Shown: piece by piece, positions 49,495-59,235 of the stretch
Numbering within the stretch: the first letter of the stretch is position 1
How the letters are laid out: each line of letters opens with the position of its first letter
Origin: an uncultured Planctomycetaceae bacterium
GTDB taxonomy: Bacteria > Planctomycetota > Planctomycetia > Planctomycetales > Planctomycetaceae
Length of the DNA: 64,000 bases
Direction: 5' to 3'
NCBI GenBank assembly: GCA_963972485.1
Contig: CAXAWH010000007.1
Span: 7,978 to 71,977, forward strand
Program-made: the position numbers and the translations under genes
The notes under the pieces: model-generated
Databases searched by the model: none
Seen by the model: the letters and a program-made list of their open reading frames with translations, nothing else
Told to the model about the DNA's origin: nothing

Positions 49495-51723
49495 TTATTC
49501 TCCACCATTGAGAAGCTTTGCAGGCGGGACATTGGCGGCAATACGGGAAAACGCTTCGAGCATCTGCGCTTCAACTTCCGCAATGGTCGTTCCTCCGGGG
49601 ACATTAATCCATTCCCCTTTTCCGGCAAATGCCATTGCACGCATCAAATCGCGGTCTGCACCAGCACCAACAGAAAGTGTGTGAATGGTATACCCCTTAT
49701 CGATGGCGAGCTTCGCCTGATAAAATGCATACTGTTTGTGTCGATTCGACGTTGTATAATCCGCGGTGCCATCATCATCGAAGTCCGTCAGCTCATTCCA
49801 GTTCCAATCTGAGGGCAGGCTCCATCCCGACGGACTGCGATTGGCATTACCATCTGTCATCACCAGTAATGTCGGACGAGAACCGGGACGCGCCTGAGTA
49901 TCGAGCAGATTCACCGCTTCTTCAATACCGTAGCCCAAACCTGTATAAACATTGTAATGACCGGCTTGCTTGCGACGTTGAATTTCATCCAGGCTCTCGT
50001 AGTCATTTGTAATCCATTCTGTCCCGAGATCTCGTAAAACAACACCGTTTTTATTCTTGACCTGATATTCAACACGGGACATCGAATCGTAAGTAGCGAT
50101 GCCAGCGTGATCTCCGAAATCGAGATCCTCCAGAAATCCAAGAAACAGACTCATGCCGTTTTTCATGGCATGAAATGGATAGTGAGGCGTTTTCCACAAA
50201 TCAGCAGTCTGTGTCGTCCGAGGTTGCTGACTGAGCAGATAGTCAACAAAGTTCAAGCCACCATATTTTTTTCGATAGCCAGCGTCTTTTACTTGAGCAC
50301 TCGTTCGGACATAGTTGATGTAACTGTCCCAACTCCCAGAATCATATGGATATGAGGTGTTGTCCAGACAGAATGCTTCTTTCACATTTTCATTGCTGTC
50401 TTCAAAAAATTGATACTCAGCACCACCGCTACCTGGATTCTCGAAAGATTCTCCGTATCCGGGACCATCACCGCTGAAGTTTCTGCCTGATTTGATCCAG
50501 GCATTTACGATCGCTTTCCCTTCATTGGATCCTGTTCCCAGGAACGTTCCCGTATGGCCGGTTAAATTATCAAATTTCTGTTGGACTCCATCAGTGAATT
50601 CCAGAACAACATTCGAGAGATCCTTAGTCGATTCCACATAAATCGAATTCTCCATAAATGTCACTTCAATATGAGGGATCCTAGTGCCTTGTGCGTCCTG
50701 TCCTGCGACCGTAACGGCCGTTGTTCCCGCGCGAATATAAGCCGCATGAATCGATTCGTTGTCGTGACTGCCTGAACCAGCATACGTACGATTCGTCCCC
50801 GATTGATTATCAAAAAACTGATAACCTCCATCCTCAAAAATCAAATAGACTTCATGAATTTCCTGATCGGAATCGACATCGATTTCATCGTCGCGAAATT
50901 TGACATAGATCTTTGCTTCCCCGGCTTGATCAGGGTCTTCACCTTCAACCGTTAACCATTCCGGAGTGAATTCGAGGCAGCCTATATCCAGCGGTTGTAA
51001 GGCATCGTAAATATCTCGTATATTCCCTTCGAGCGCGACTCGACCAAATCGGCTCAGTGAACTGAGTTGACTGTCGTAATTCATACTGCCGGAATAATCG
51101 AGTACTGAAACGATGTCGCGAGCTTCGACGAATGCAACTGCTGAGGCCGCGACGGCTGCTTTATCGTTTCCACCAATCGGGGCAAAAAAGAGATCGACCA
51201 TACCATCGGGCAGTGTGGTATCGGGATTTGTCCGTCGGGCCGTCACCTGGACGACATTATAAGAGGCGCTCCCACTGTAAGGAGCATCGCCCCATTCGAC
51301 TTCGAATCGTTGTAAGTTTTCATTGAAGACACGCCGACCGAATGCGACATCGACATCAGGATCGACATACACGCCATTGAGGGCCGCTACCTTTTCTGCC
51401 ATTAGTTTTGCTGAATCAATGGCAATCGAATTGATATCACCTGCCGCTGATCCTCCACCGACCGTTTCCCCATCTTCTCCAGCCGTTTCGATCACTGCGA
51501 TTATTTCTTGAGCAGCAGCCAGGGCGGCTGCATCAACTGCTTTCTGCAGATTAATTTTTGTTAGAGACAACACACCAATGTCGACACTTAAGGCGACAAA
51601 TCCTATGGCTCCAACCAGACATATCGCCGCAAGGACCATAAAGGCCCCGCGTCTCTGGTTGAATTCGTCCACGAGTTTGCGACGACTGTTTTTGATTCTG
51701 ACTATGGGGTTCATCATGGCCAT
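49495..51723 (-). CDS. TadG-like pilus-associated protein with a vWA domain carrying a large repeat-containing insertion
   Basis: TadE/G-like N-terminus RRGAFMVLAAICLVGAIGFVALSVDIG. MIDAS motif VLDYSGSM. Distal vWA block LLVMTDGNAN lies about 400 residues later. Two homologous modules of about 65 aa sit in between. Confidence 0.75.
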   Translation of the reverse strand: MAMMNPIVRIKNSRRKLVDEFNQRRGAFMVLAAICLVGAIGFVALSVDIGVLSLTKINLQKAVDAAALAAAQEIIAVIETAGEDGETVGGGSAAGDINSIAIDSAKLMAEKVAALNGVYVDPDVDVAFGRRVFNENLQRFEVEWGDAPYSGSASYNVVQVTARRTNPDTTLPDGMVDLFFAPIGGNDKAAVAASAVAFVEARDIVSVLDYSGSMNYDSQLSSLSRFGRVALEGNIRDIYDALQPLDIGCLEFTPEWLTVEGEDPDQAGEAKIYVKFRDDEIDVDSDQEIHEVYLIFEDGGYQFFDNQSGTNRTYAGSGSHDNESIHAAYIRAGTTAVTVAGQDAQGTRIPHIEVTFMENSIYVESTKDLSNVVLEFTDGVQQKFDNLTGHTGTFLGTGSNEGKAIVNAWIKSGRNFSGDGPGYGESFENPGSGGAEYQFFEDSNENVKEAFCLDNTSYPYDSGSWDSYINYVRTSAQVKDAGYRKKYGGLNFVDYLLSQQPRTTQTADLWKTPHYPFHAMKNGMSLFLGFLEDLDFGDHAGIATYDSMSRVEYQVKNKNGVVLRDLGTEWITNDYESLDEIQRRKQAGHYNVYTGLGYGIEEAVNLLDTQARPGSRPTLLVMTDGNANRSPSGWSLPSDWNWNELTDFDDDGTADYTTSNRHKQYAFYQAKLAIDKGYTIHTLSVGAGADRDLMRAMAFAGKGEWINVPGGTTIAEVEAQMLEAFSRIAANVPPAKLLNGGE

Positions 51724-51832
51724 GGCCTCTAGTGTTTCATTGTTCTCATGAGTGCTCTCCTGGCGAATAATTCCTGAAGCTCGCGGCCCGAGTTTACTTT
51801 TTAAAGACTTCGTTTTGTAAATTGCTCATGTT

Positions 51833-52333
51833 TCAATTCATCAGCGAGATTCGTCCGGCTCGCATTACAATTCGAGCGTTAATATTTCGCCCGTTCATCA
51901 ACCCATGCGGGAAAGTGCTGACTTGTTCAAATGGGATCGTCGCTTCTAATTTAAAGAGACGTCGCTCATTAGCGGGATCTGCCAGGTCAAATGTTTGACC
52001 GACATCATTTCCATCAGCTGAGGTCAGTGTGATCGTAATGTCATCTCCGGGATAACCTCCAGCTTTCAGAAAATTACGGATATCGCGAATGACTTTCTCG
52101 TTTGGAGATTCCCCTTCGGGAACAATTTCCGACCAATCCATACTTGCCAACCGGCCAGCTTCCCTCAGTGCTGCAGAAAGTTGTGTCGTGGCTTCCAGGG
52201 CATTCCCCATTTCGACCATTCCGAGAATCAGAAACATGAACACCGGAGCGACAATTGCAAATTCGACGAGTGCTGCTCCTCGGCGATCATTGAGTTCTGG
52301 TTGAATTTGAGGTTTTGGAATGATGCGATTCAT
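51833..52333 (-). CDS. TadE-like pseudopilin
   Basis: TadE motif RRGAALVEFAIVAPVFMFLILGMVEMG. Confidence 0.8.
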   Translation of the reverse strand: MNRIIPKPQIQPELNDRRGAALVEFAIVAPVFMFLILGMVEMGNALEATTQLSAALREAGRLASMDWSEIVPEGESPNEKVIRDIRNFLKAGGYPGDDITITLTSADGNDVGQTFDLADPANERRLFKLEATIPFEQVSTFPHGLMNGRNINARIVMRAGRISLMN

Positions 52334-52374
52334 TGTGGCTATATTCTTTGGAGATTGGCTTCAAATGAAAAATA

Positions 52375-52872
52375 CTATTCATGCCTCATCACGGACTGAC
52401 TGTGTAGTGTGAGATTGTCAGTCCAGAATGGCGGAAACAGGGCAACTTCTTCATAGGGGATAGACAGTCTGATAATATACAGATGACGTGTGGTCGCATT
52501 GGCCAGTTCAATGTCCGGCAGGTCTTCAAAGTCGAGGTCATCGGTTGGAGAATCCGAGGAGTCAAACACATCGGCATCTTTGACAATGATTGACAGCGAA
52601 CTCGTATCGATGGCCGAAGAGACCACTCGCAAAGCTTCCAGTTTGACATCGGTCGTTGTCACGCCATTGGCGACTCCATACCGGGCGGCTTTCTTAGCTG
52701 CGCCTCTCAATGTCGTTTGCACCATATAGGCATGACCAAATTCCACCATCGCTGCCAGAAAGATTCCAAAGACCGGAACCACAACCGCAAATTCAACGGT
52801 AGCGGCTCCGCGACGTTTTTGATCGCAAGTGTTCTTGACTGCAGTCCGTGATTTTTTGTTGAAGAGTTTCAT
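52375..52872 (-). CDS. TadE-like pseudopilin
   Basis: TadE motif RRGAATVEFAVVVPVFGIFLAAMVEFG. Confidence 0.8.
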   Translation of the reverse strand: MKLFNKKSRTAVKNTCDQKRRGAATVEFAVVVPVFGIFLAAMVEFGHAYMVQTTLRGAAKKAARYGVANGVTTTDVKLEALRVVSSAIDTSSLSIIVKDADVFDSSDSPTDDLDFEDLPDIELANATTRHLYIIRLSIPYEEVALFPPFWTDNLTLHSQSVMRHE

Positions 52873-53341
52873 TTGTGGTTTGATCTAAAAAAAGATTCCG
52901 TCCGAATCCTGTTTTCAGCAGAATGCATGTTCGAGAATTTCCAGAATGAAAAATCTGAACCATCATGAAAACGTACATTGTTTTATTGAGAAATCACTCA
53001 ACAAACTGCGACATTTTCAGAGAAATTTCCAAATGGTGAAATTTGAAAATCCATGCGTAGTTCTTAGAGAACCTGATGAGATTACAAAGCAACATTAGAG
53101 AGTTGTGTTGCCTATTTTCATCGGGGTTGGGTTGCGAATTCACAACACGTTTTGTTGCTCTCGATTAGCATCGTTATTGCTGAACAATGAAATGAAGCAG
53201 AATGATCCAGCCGAAATATGCAATGAGTGCTGATGCAGAAACAGTGCCACTGAGAGTATAATTACAGCCTGCGTGCAGGTGGGAAAGTAAAATAATTGGA
53301 ACAGTAACCAAAGAAAAATATCCTCTGAATGGAAGTGCTTC

Positions 53342-54232
53342 TTATGGACTGAGCAAATATTCTTTCACGAAAGCGGTCGCACGATCTGTCACTTGAGGGC
53401 CGGCGCCTGCGACGCCATGATTTCCGCCGGGAATAATCAATAGTTCTGATTTCACACCGGCTTCCTGTAATTTTCGATCCATCTTTTTCGCATGTTCGAT
53501 CGGTACGATATCATCATGATCGCCGTGGACCTGCATGACTGGGGGATCATCATCTGAAACAAAACTGATTGGAGAAACATCATCTTTGGCGTCCTGTTTC
53601 ATCTCATCAGCGGGAGTTCGGGGCTCATATCCGAGTAGTTGACGATAAGCGGGATGTTTATGTTCTATCTCGCTGAGCAAGGACCAGTCGGTCGGTCCGG
53701 CAAAACTGATGGCACAATTGACGCGGGACGATTCCTGTTCGACAGGATCCTCTGATTTCGGTTCCGCTGCATCGTCATGCAAAGCAACCCATAACGTAAG
53801 ATGCCCGCCGGCAGACCCACCTGTCACTCCAATCCGATGTGGATCCAGATTCCATTTTCCCGCATTGTGTCTGATGAACTGAATCGCCCGGACACAATCG
53901 TTGACCTGAGCAGGATGTGGATCGACATTGGTAAAGCGATATTCGACGGCAACAACTGAAAACAGACCTTGTTCAACGCCTTGCCGGAGCCATCCGGGAA
54001 TTTGATTTTTAGAGCCCCCTCTCCAACCGCCGCCGTGGATGTAAACCATTACCGGTGCAGGCTTCTCTGATTTTGTCTGATAAACATCCAACACCTGAGA
54101 CTTATCCTGGTCATCATAAGCGACGTTTTTCATGGCAGGAGCGAATTGAGGTTGACCCATAATTGACGACGTATGCTCCATACTGGCAGCAACGAGAACC
54201 ATTCCGATCATCAATCTGCAAAACCGCTTCAT
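53342..54232 (-). CDS. Secreted alpha/beta hydrolase (esterase/lipase)
   Basis: Signal peptide. Motifs VYIHGGGW, GGSAGGH and HGDHDDIVP. Confidence 0.8.
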   Translation of the reverse strand: MKRFCRLMIGMVLVAASMEHTSSIMGQPQFAPAMKNVAYDDQDKSQVLDVYQTKSEKPAPVMVYIHGGGWRGGSKNQIPGWLRQGVEQGLFSVVAVEYRFTNVDPHPAQVNDCVRAIQFIRHNAGKWNLDPHRIGVTGGSAGGHLTLWVALHDDAAEPKSEDPVEQESSRVNCAISFAGPTDWSLLSEIEHKHPAYRQLLGYEPRTPADEMKQDAKDDVSPISFVSDDDPPVMQVHGDHDDIVPIEHAKKMDRKLQEAGVKSELLIIPGGNHGVAGAGPQVTDRATAFVKEYLLSP

Positions 54233-54474
54233 CTGCTGATTCCTTTATCTGTTCAGAGCACACAATTCCTGCCACATGCATTCATGCTGACCAAAACTAT
54301 AAGATAACAACATATAACGCAAAGTCGATCTTAACAGTCACGTCGATTTTCTCAATTTCGTTTCTTCGCAATCCCCTCTATACTCTTGCAAGACTCGATC
54401 ACAAAATAATGGATGCATGACTGCACGAAACACAAAAGTTGGTCGAGTTTCAGCAAAGATGCGAAAGGCAACTC

Positions 54475-57168
54475 ATGGCGAATGATTCACCGACTCAAGA
54501 CAAACAACTTACAGCCGAGCATAAGCGATTACAGGAAAGCCGGGAACGGAAAGTCAACTGGAAACGTTGGGGGCCGTATTTAGCCGAACGACAATGGGGA
54601 ACGGTCCGCGAAGATTATTCGGCTTATGGGCATGCCTGGTGGCATTTTCCTCACGATCATTCCCGCAATCGAGTTTATCGCTGGGGGGAAGATGGACTGC
54701 TCGGATTGACGGACCGGGAATGTCGACTCTGCTTTTCGTTCGCACTTTGGAATGGAAATGATTCCATTTTGAAAGAACGACTCTTCGGATTGACAGGGCC
54801 AGAGGGGAATCATGGTGAGGATGTCAAAGAGTATTATTACTACCAGGATTCCACGCCCACACATTCCTACATGAAGGCGATGTATCGCTATCCCCAGGCT
54901 GCGTACCCGTATATTGAACTGGTTACGGAAAATCGTAAGCGGTCGTTAGAGGAACGTGAATACGAACTGCTCGACACCGGCATTTTTGATGAGAATCGAT
55001 TTTTCGATGTCGAAATTGAATACGCCAAGCAAACTGAAGACGATATTCTCATTCGTTTGACGATTACAAATCAAGGGCCGGAAGATCATGACATTTCTGT
55101 ACTACCTACGTTCTGGTTTCGCAACACCTGGATCTGGGGTTGTCGTCATGAAGGGTGTTCACTCAAACCTCGCATTCGAGAAATTGATGAGAACACCGTC
55201 GAAACAAACCACGAGTCTCTCGAACCATTCCGATGCTCTTTCGGACCCAATCCTCAGGGAAACCCTCGCCCACTCTTGTTTACAGAAAATGAAACCAACA
55301 ATCCTGCATTATACGGAACTGAGTCTTACACACCTTACATGAAGGACGCTTTTCATCGATATGTTGTCAATGGTGAAAAGGAAACGGTTAATCCGGCCAA
55401 AAAAGGGACAAAAGCGGCGGCATTGTATGAGCTTAACATTAAGTCTGGTGAAAGTGTTCAAATTGAAGTTCGCATGACCGACATTGAATCCGCGAGCCCT
55501 GAACCATTCAACCCTGAGTTTGACACAATCATGTCTCAAAGGAAGGCCGAGTCGAATGAGTTTTATCAGACAATCATTCCTCAAACAGCGTCTCCAGATC
55601 AGACAGCCGTCATGCGTCAGGCATATTCAGGCTTGCTTTGGTCAAAACAGTTTTATCACTACATTGTCGAAGACTGGATCAACGGAGACACTCTGGTCAA
55701 CTCACCGCCAGAACCGAGAAATGAAGGCCGTAATCACAACTGGAAACACGTCTACGCGCGAGACATTATTTCCATGCCAGATACTTGGGAGTATCCGTGG
55801 TTTGCGGCCTGGGATCTGGCGTTTCACATGATTCCGATGGCCAGGCTCGATCCCGATTTTGCCAAGCGTCAATTGATGTTGCTGATGCGGGAATGGTACA
55901 TGCACCCCAATGGGCAGTTGCCAGCGTACGAGTATGCGTTTTACGACGTCAATCCACCCGTTCATGCCTGGGCCTGTTTACGAGTATTTCAAATGACAGG
56001 CTCCCAGGATTTTCGATTTTTGTCGAAAGCCTTTCAACGTCTCTTATTGAATTTCACCTGGTGGGTGAATCAGATCGACAAAAACGGTGACAATGTATTC
56101 GCAGGAGGATTCCTCGGGTTGGATAATATTGGAGTTTTCGACCGTACCAAAGGGCTGCCCAAAGGCGCCTTTCTGGAACAGGCCGATGGAACTTCCTGGA
56201 TGGCATTCTATTGCGGCACAATGTTGATGATCGCCCTCGAGCTGGCCAGGAACGACGATTCGTATGCTGAAATGGCTTCCAAGTTTCTCGATCACTTTGT
56301 CCGAATCACCGATGCAATGAATTCACTCGATGGTTCCGGTTTATGGGACGAAGAGGATCATTTCTATTACGATCACTTGCGTATCGACGGTCAGAATATG
56401 CCCCTCAAAGTTCGCTCACTGGTCGGTCTACTCCCGTTGATCGCAGTGGTCATTCTGGATGAAGCACAGATTGACAAACTTCCCAGTTTCCGTCGCAAAC
56501 TCGACTGGTTTTTGAAGTATCGTCACGATCTGGTGAAGCATATCACGTTTGCAAAAAGCGATGATAACAGCAGCCGAATGTTACTCTCCATTCCTTCGGA
56601 AGAACGACTTATACACGTCATTTCAATCCTGCTGGACGAAACTGAGTTTTTATCGGAATACGGCATCCGTTCATTATCCAAGCGTCACAAGGAAGAGCCC
56701 TTTGAACTGGAAATTCAGGGAGTTAAACACTGTGTCGCTTACATTCCAGGAGAATCCGATAGCTGGATGTTTGGTGGGAATTCAAACTGGCGAGGGCCAA
56801 TCTGGTTTCCAATCAATTACATTTTGATCGAGTCTTTAAGACATTATTATCGTTTCTACGACGACGATTTGATGGTTGAATGCCCGACCGGTTCTGGGAA
56901 AATGATGAATCTCGATCAGGTTGCCGATGAATTAATGCATCGACTTTCCAAATTGTTCCTGATGGATGACAAAGAAAAACATCGCCCAAGTATGATCAGC
57001 CATGCCAATGGAATTGATCCTGAATTGTGGCAGCAGAATCTCTTATTCTACGAATATTTTCATGGAGATACAGGGGAAGGATTGGGAGCAAGTCATCAGA
57101 CAGGGTGGACCTCGCTTATCGCGACCTGTATGGAAATGCTCAATCGGAAATCACCTTCAACCGATTGA
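54475..57168 (+). CDS. GH63-like (MGH1-type) glucosidase
   Basis: About 900 aa with an (alpha/alpha)6-barrel-type C-terminal half. The YPWFAAWDLAFH motif resembles GH63/MGH1-like hydrolases. Start at MANDSPTQ. Confidence 0.55.
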   Translation: MANDSPTQDKQLTAEHKRLQESRERKVNWKRWGPYLAERQWGTVREDYSAYGHAWWHFPHDHSRNRVYRWGEDGLLGLTDRECRLCFSFALWNGNDSILKERLFGLTGPEGNHGEDVKEYYYYQDSTPTHSYMKAMYRYPQAAYPYIELVTENRKRSLEEREYELLDTGIFDENRFFDVEIEYAKQTEDDILIRLTITNQGPEDHDISVLPTFWFRNTWIWGCRHEGCSLKPRIREIDENTVETNHESLEPFRCSFGPNPQGNPRPLLFTENETNNPALYGTESYTPYMKDAFHRYVVNGEKETVNPAKKGTKAAALYELNIKSGESVQIEVRMTDIESASPEPFNPEFDTIMSQRKAESNEFYQTIIPQTASPDQTAVMRQAYSGLLWSKQFYHYIVEDWINGDTLVNSPPEPRNEGRNHNWKHVYARDIISMPDTWEYPWFAAWDLAFHMIPMARLDPDFAKRQLMLLMREWYMHPNGQLPAYEYAFYDVNPPVHAWACLRVFQMTGSQDFRFLSKAFQRLLLNFTWWVNQIDKNGDNVFAGGFLGLDNIGVFDRTKGLPKGAFLEQADGTSWMAFYCGTMLMIALELARNDDSYAEMASKFLDHFVRITDAMNSLDGSGLWDEEDHFYYDHLRIDGQNMPLKVRSLVGLLPLIAVVILDEAQIDKLPSFRRKLDWFLKYRHDLVKHITFAKSDDNSSRMLLSIPSEERLIHVISILLDETEFLSEYGIRSLSKRHKEEPFELEIQGVKHCVAYIPGESDSWMFGGNSNWRGPIWFPINYILIESLRHYYRFYDDDLMVECPTGSGKMMNLDQVADELMHRLSKLFLMDDKEKHRPSMISHANGIDPELWQQNLLFYEYFHGDTGEGLGASHQTGWTSLIATCMEMLNRKSPSTD

Positions 57169-57267
57169 TTTCCATAAATTGTATATTCTGAATAATTATT
57201 CGTTTCAGCGCGAACCAATGTGCACCAGTTAGTCTCTTATCCTCCAGTAATTAAGGAGGAAATAGAG

Positions 57268-58845
57268 ATGGCAAATAAGAATTTATTCAACACGTTAATC
57301 GGGAATTCTGGCCCAAAGGCGAACACTCGCAATGAAGCAGGTGGGTTGGCTTATCAGATGTCACCGAAGCAGTCGCTGGCCCAGTATGCAGCGACGGGTT
57401 GTTTCAATGGGACATTCTACTCCAGTGGAGCCGATCAGGTCGATGCCGTGCTCGAACTGTGCGAACAGATCGAACCAGAATTTATCGCTCGAACTGCATT
57501 GTACGCCCGCAATGAAGGTCATATGAAGGATATGCCTGCATTGTTATGTGCAGTGTTATCGGTTAAGGCACCGGGGTTGTTGATCAAGATCTTCAATCAG
57601 GTCATCGATTCACCGAAGATGCTGCGTAACTTTGTGCAGATCATGCGTTCGGGAATTGTCGGACGTAGAAGCCTGGGGACGTTACCAAAGCAGTTGATTC
57701 GCAACTGGCTGGAAGCTCGAGCGGCTGAGCAGTTGTTTGTCGGATCTATAGGAAACGATCCCTCACTCGCCGATGTGATCAAGATGGTTCACCCAAAGCC
57801 AGCAACGCCAGAGCGTTCGGCTTTGTATGCCTACCTAATTGGTCGTGAGAGCAATTGGTCAGATCTCCCCGAGTTGATTGGGCAGTATGAAAAGTTCAAG
57901 CGAAACACAAATCCAGGTAAGGTTGCCGTGCCTGATGTTCCCTTCCAGATGTTGACGGCTTTGCCATTAACGAAGAAGGACTGGGGACAGATCGCCCGAA
58001 ACGCTTCCTGGCAAATGACTCGTATGAACTTGAATACGTTTTTGCGTCACGGTGTTTTTGAGAGTGCGGAATTGACAGGAATTGTGGCAAATCGATTGCG
58101 AAATCCGCGAAAGATTGCTGCTGCCCGTGTGTTTCCGTATCAGTTAATGGCGGCTTACATGAACTCTGCGAACGAAGTGCCGCAGATCATTCTTAACGCA
58201 TTGCAGGATGCGATGGAAATCGCCATTAAGAATGTGCCTCGTGTGACTGGTAAAGTGTATGTCTTTCCGGACGTTTCGGGATCGATGCATTCTCCAGTGA
58301 CGGGACATCGTGCCGGATCGACTTCCAAGGTTCGCTGTCTGGACGTTGCAGCTCTTGTGGCGGCAGCGATTCTGCGAAAGAACCCGGAAGCCGAAGTGAT
58401 TCCATTCGAATCGAAGGCGATCACCTGTCGGTTGAATCCACGTGATAGCGTGATGACGAATGCCAGAACTCTGGCTTCGTTGCCAGCTGGTGGAACCAAC
58501 TGCAGTGCTCCTCTGGAGTACTTGAATCGTCAGAAGGCGAAGGGAGATTTGTTGATTTACGTTTCGGATAACGAATCGTGGGTCGACTCGCCTCACTACG
58601 GATGGTGCGGAGGCGGAGCAACCGCGACGATGCAGGAATGGGCTACGTTCAAGCGACGAAATCGTCAGGCCAAAATGGTCTGCATCGATATTCAGCCGTA
58701 TGCACATACGCAGGCGGTCGAACGAGCTGATATTGTTAACGTCGGTGGTTTCAGTGACCAGGTCTTCAAGTTGATTGCCAATGTCTCAAAAGGACAGGCC
58801 AGCGAGAATCACTGGGTGAATGAAATCGAACGGATGCGTTTGTAA
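57268..58845 (+). CDS. rsr: Ro60-related TROVE/vWA RNA-binding protein (Rsr)
   Basis: ATG at 57268 follows an AAGGAGGA RBS. The TROVE N-terminus matches (NEAGGLAY...L..YAATGCFNGTFY...ARTALYARNEGHMKD). C-terminal vWA with MIDAS motif FPDVSGSM. Confidence 0.85.
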   Translation: MANKNLFNTLIGNSGPKANTRNEAGGLAYQMSPKQSLAQYAATGCFNGTFYSSGADQVDAVLELCEQIEPEFIARTALYARNEGHMKDMPALLCAVLSVKAPGLLIKIFNQVIDSPKMLRNFVQIMRSGIVGRRSLGTLPKQLIRNWLEARAAEQLFVGSIGNDPSLADVIKMVHPKPATPERSALYAYLIGRESNWSDLPELIGQYEKFKRNTNPGKVAVPDVPFQMLTALPLTKKDWGQIARNASWQMTRMNLNTFLRHGVFESAELTGIVANRLRNPRKIAAARVFPYQLMAAYMNSANEVPQIILNALQDAMEIAIKNVPRVTGKVYVFPDVSGSMHSPVTGHRAGSTSKVRCLDVAALVAAAILRKNPEAEVIPFESKAITCRLNPRDSVMTNARTLASLPAGGTNCSAPLEYLNRQKAKGDLLIYVSDNESWVDSPHYGWCGGGATATMQEWATFKRRNRQAKMVCIDIQPYAHTQAVERADIVNVGGFSDQVFKLIANVSKGQASENHWVNEIERMRL

Positions 58846-58855
58846 CCAAGGAACC

Positions 58856-58884
58856 GTAACCCCCGGTGCAAGCCGGGGTGTTAC
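58856..58884 (+). other. Strong GC hairpin immediately after the rsr stop codon (terminator, processing site or RNA element)
   Basis: GTAAC-CCCCGG / CCGGGG-(T)-GTTAC gives 11 bp with one bulge and loop TGCAAG. No U-tract follows. A second small hairpin GCCCT-TTC-AGGGC lies at 58891-58903. Confidence 0.4.
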
Positions 58885-59107
58885 ATCACTGCCCTTTCAG
58901 GGCTTAGATTTGGGCCTCAAAGCTCTGTAACGCACTCCTTTGTCGTGCTTTACAACAACATCATCAACAATAATTGTTAGAATAGATGATGCACTACTCG
59001 TATTTTGTCAAAACCTTGAAGCCAGGAGTCGAATGCTTTTGGGACTACATTTTAGATAGTGTGAAATGTCTCAAAAAAACCTTGTCGACTTCTTTTCTAT
59101 GTTTCAA

Positions 59108-59216
59108 GTGTAGGTCAGGCACTGCCTGACGAATTGTGGTCACGATTCCTCTCGTCAGGCACTGCCTGACGAATTGTGGTCACGATTCCTCTCGTCAGGC
59201 ACTGCCTGACCTACAC
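59108..59216 (+). repeat. Perfect 40-nt tandem repeat (2.4 copies) carrying three 17-nt palindromes, bracketed by an extended inverted repeat
   Basis: The unit GTCAGGCACTGCCTGAC+GAATTGTGGTCACGATTCCTCTC occurs at 59114-59153 and 59154-59193. A third palindrome lies at 59194-59210. The flanks GTGTAG (59108-13) and CTACAC (59211-16) are reverse complements. Confidence 0.9.
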
Positions 59217-59235
59217 CATTATGAATATTGAACCC

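Noticed and set aside
58144-58707. 187-aa and other minus-strand ORFs inside rsr. The same applies to 3162..3683, 25039..25596, 42544..43170, 49285..49812 and the many other ORFs of 60-140 aa nested in larger genes.
   Set aside because: All are antisense or out-of-frame shadows of long, motif-supported genes.
59108-59216. A CRISPR mini-array, given palindromic repeats at regular spacing
   Set aside because: There are only three repeats of 17 nt, the two 23-nt spacers are identical to each other, and no cas genes are present. It is a tandem duplication and not a spacer array.
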